A DNA stretch of 63,776 nt, the filler included, from Reticulomyxa filosa (taxonomy: Eukaryota > Protista > Foraminifera), in assembly GCA_000512085.1 (NCBI GenBank). It is 20 parts of 20 records of this genome, joined end to end, with 100 filler letters (N's around TTAATTAATTAA, not from the genome) between each part and the next. Parts side by side here need not be neighbours in the genome. Positions count along the whole stretch, not along the records: positions 62,283 to 63,776 come from ASPP01034800.1; 19 more parts are not named here. The stretch is one strand, 5' to 3'. The translations under genes and the position numbers were made by a program. Numbering within the stretch: the first letter of the stretch is position 1; each line of letters begins with the position of its first letter. A model generated the notes under the pieces. It did no database searches. It saw nothing but the letters and a program-made list of their open reading frames with translations, and was not told the DNA's origin. Positions 62,316 to 63,776 of this stretch are shown here, in pieces.

Positions 62316-63680
62316 GTTATCATTGCCATTGTTCTTTTTCTTTCCTTTGCTCTTTCGTCTGCGTCTTCTCTTTTGCTTCTTTGTTTTGTGGTCGTCATCG
62401 CCATCATTGTTGTCATCACCGTCTTTCATGTCCAGCGACAGTTCATTGCGCTTTCCATACTCCAGTTTTTCACGCATTGCTCGAATCTTCTCCGAGTGTT
62501 TTTCCACTCTGTTCATACACACACACACACACACATGCACAAAATAAATTTTAAATAATTCCTACTTTTTTTTTTAAATGAAATGAAATGAAATGAAATT
62601 AAAGTATATATATATATGTATACATATACATATGTCTATATGTACATAAACCAAACAGAAAGTCAATGCCTTGATCGTGCAAGCGATTGGGTAAGGACCG
62701 TTCGAGACAATACATCCACGACAAGTACAAGACGAAAGACAGGCCGGCGACGACGAGGACGAGTCCGACTTCATAGAGCCTTGGGCCAGATGTGGCGTGC
62801 ACGACCCAGCGACCGTCGTGTGTTGGATAGAGCGGGAGCAGCTGGTTTTCGAGGAGGAGGAAGGCGATCCAGACCATGACGGCGACGGCGAGCATGTGTG
62901 CGAGAATCAGCAGGATGCGTTCGAAGAAGTGGATATTGGTGCCATGAGCCCGTCCATAGATTGACGCGATCAAGTGGTAGTTGTTCCAATAGATTATTAC
63001 CAATCGCTTCCATTTCTCAAACCACTGTAAGTTTCTTGAGCGTAAGATTTGGTGAATTGCGCCTTCTTTCGTTTGAATAAATAGCCCATAGCGCCAAAAA
63101 CTATAAAAACCGTTCTTTTTTTTTTATTTATTTTTATTTTTTCGGTGTTCCTTTTTTTTTTTTTTTTTTTTACATCCCTCTCTCTCTCTTCCTTTCTTCC
63201 TTCCTTTTATTCCTTTATTCTCTTCCCTCCCTTTGTGAAAAATCTAAACGAAGAAATATGAGAATGTCTACTAATAAGTGGAATGTCATGGATGGCATAT
63301 TGGTTGGCGTGATTGCAATGATAGAAGCAACAACCCAAGCACCACACAACGACCACGACAATGGTGGCGACGACGGAAACTGAACCTGAGTATCCTTGCC
63401 ATCCTTGCTTCCACAGTCCTGTCACCACGTACGACACGCTGGACGTATTGCTCTCCGACCCCGTCGTCGTCGTCGTCGTCGTCGCTACCACCACAGGGGA
63501 GAGTGTATACACCTGTCTGTCCACACCCACCGTCACGTATGTCAACGACACTACATCCTCGCCGCTGCCATTCCACGTCCGTCCTTTGCTCGAAAAGTTG
63601 TAACATCCGCACGTCACCGTGTGCGATTCCGCGTCGTGGTTCACTGCCACGCAGCTTTCATTATCCCATTGGTTAATTCT
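62283..63680 (-). CDS. GPS/GAIN-motif, polycystin-1-like multi-pass membrane protein, internal fragment
   Basis: QWDNESCVAVNHDAESHTVTCGCYNFSS = GPS motif; then TM helix; YHLIASIYGRAHGTNIHFFERILLIL resembles the PKD1-family H-x-W-x-S...R...F...R loop; further TM helices. Confidence 0.6.
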
Positions 63681-63776
63681 CTAAATTATTATTATTATAT
63701 ATGCATATATACATATATGTATATATATATGTACATATGTGTATATGTATATATATATTTTTTTTTTGTTTTAAAA

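Noticed and set aside
1-63776. tRNA, rRNA or other structured RNA genes
   Set aside because: No cloverleaf or conserved rRNA segments recognised by eye; tRNAscan-SE/Infernal would be needed to exclude them.

Overview
This window is not one locus. It is 20 short contigs joined by 19 identical 100-bp artificial spacers (44 N + TTAATTAATTAA + 44 N, stops in all six frames). Eighteen contigs look like an AT-rich, intron-containing protist genome. Expanded WD40/Kelch families, TA-repeat introns, a very divergent alpha-tubulin and 7TM-RGS genes suggest a foraminiferan such as Reticulomyxa (inference, no database search). Two contigs are GC-rich bacterial DNA: a polar amino-acid ABC transporter (2988-4315) and rutB-rutC-rutD (35395-36597). 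Recognisable eukaryotic genes include a CD36-family receptor, TRAP1/HSP90, alpha-tubulin, a Ser/Thr kinase, a giant UIM/SPRY/HECT E3 ligase, Skp1-like, Kelch and WD40 propellers, an RluA pseudouridine synthase, importin-alpha, an SNM1/PSO2 nuclease, 7TM-RGS, a RalGAP-like N-terminus and a GPS/polycystin-like protein. There is also a decayed LINE with a nested Tc1 transposon. Several frameshifts sit in homopolymer runs, consistent with sequencing error. Two observations stand out. (1) An intron-containing RelA/SpoT-like nucleotidyltransferase region is followed in tandem by a SAM domain and a LamG/ConA-like domain (21388-22968), a candidate eukaryotic nucleotide-messenger receptor-enzyme; the fusion depends on two single-base corrections. 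(2) A 33-37 aa motif on its own exon (I-I-x-[HY]-W-x-R...G-W-I-x-[DEN]-F-x-x-[IL]-[IV]-x-x-Y) appears N-terminal, internal or C-terminal in four Kelch/WD40 genes, one lying head-to-head with a Skp1-like gene; it may be a lineage-specific cullin-adaptor box.
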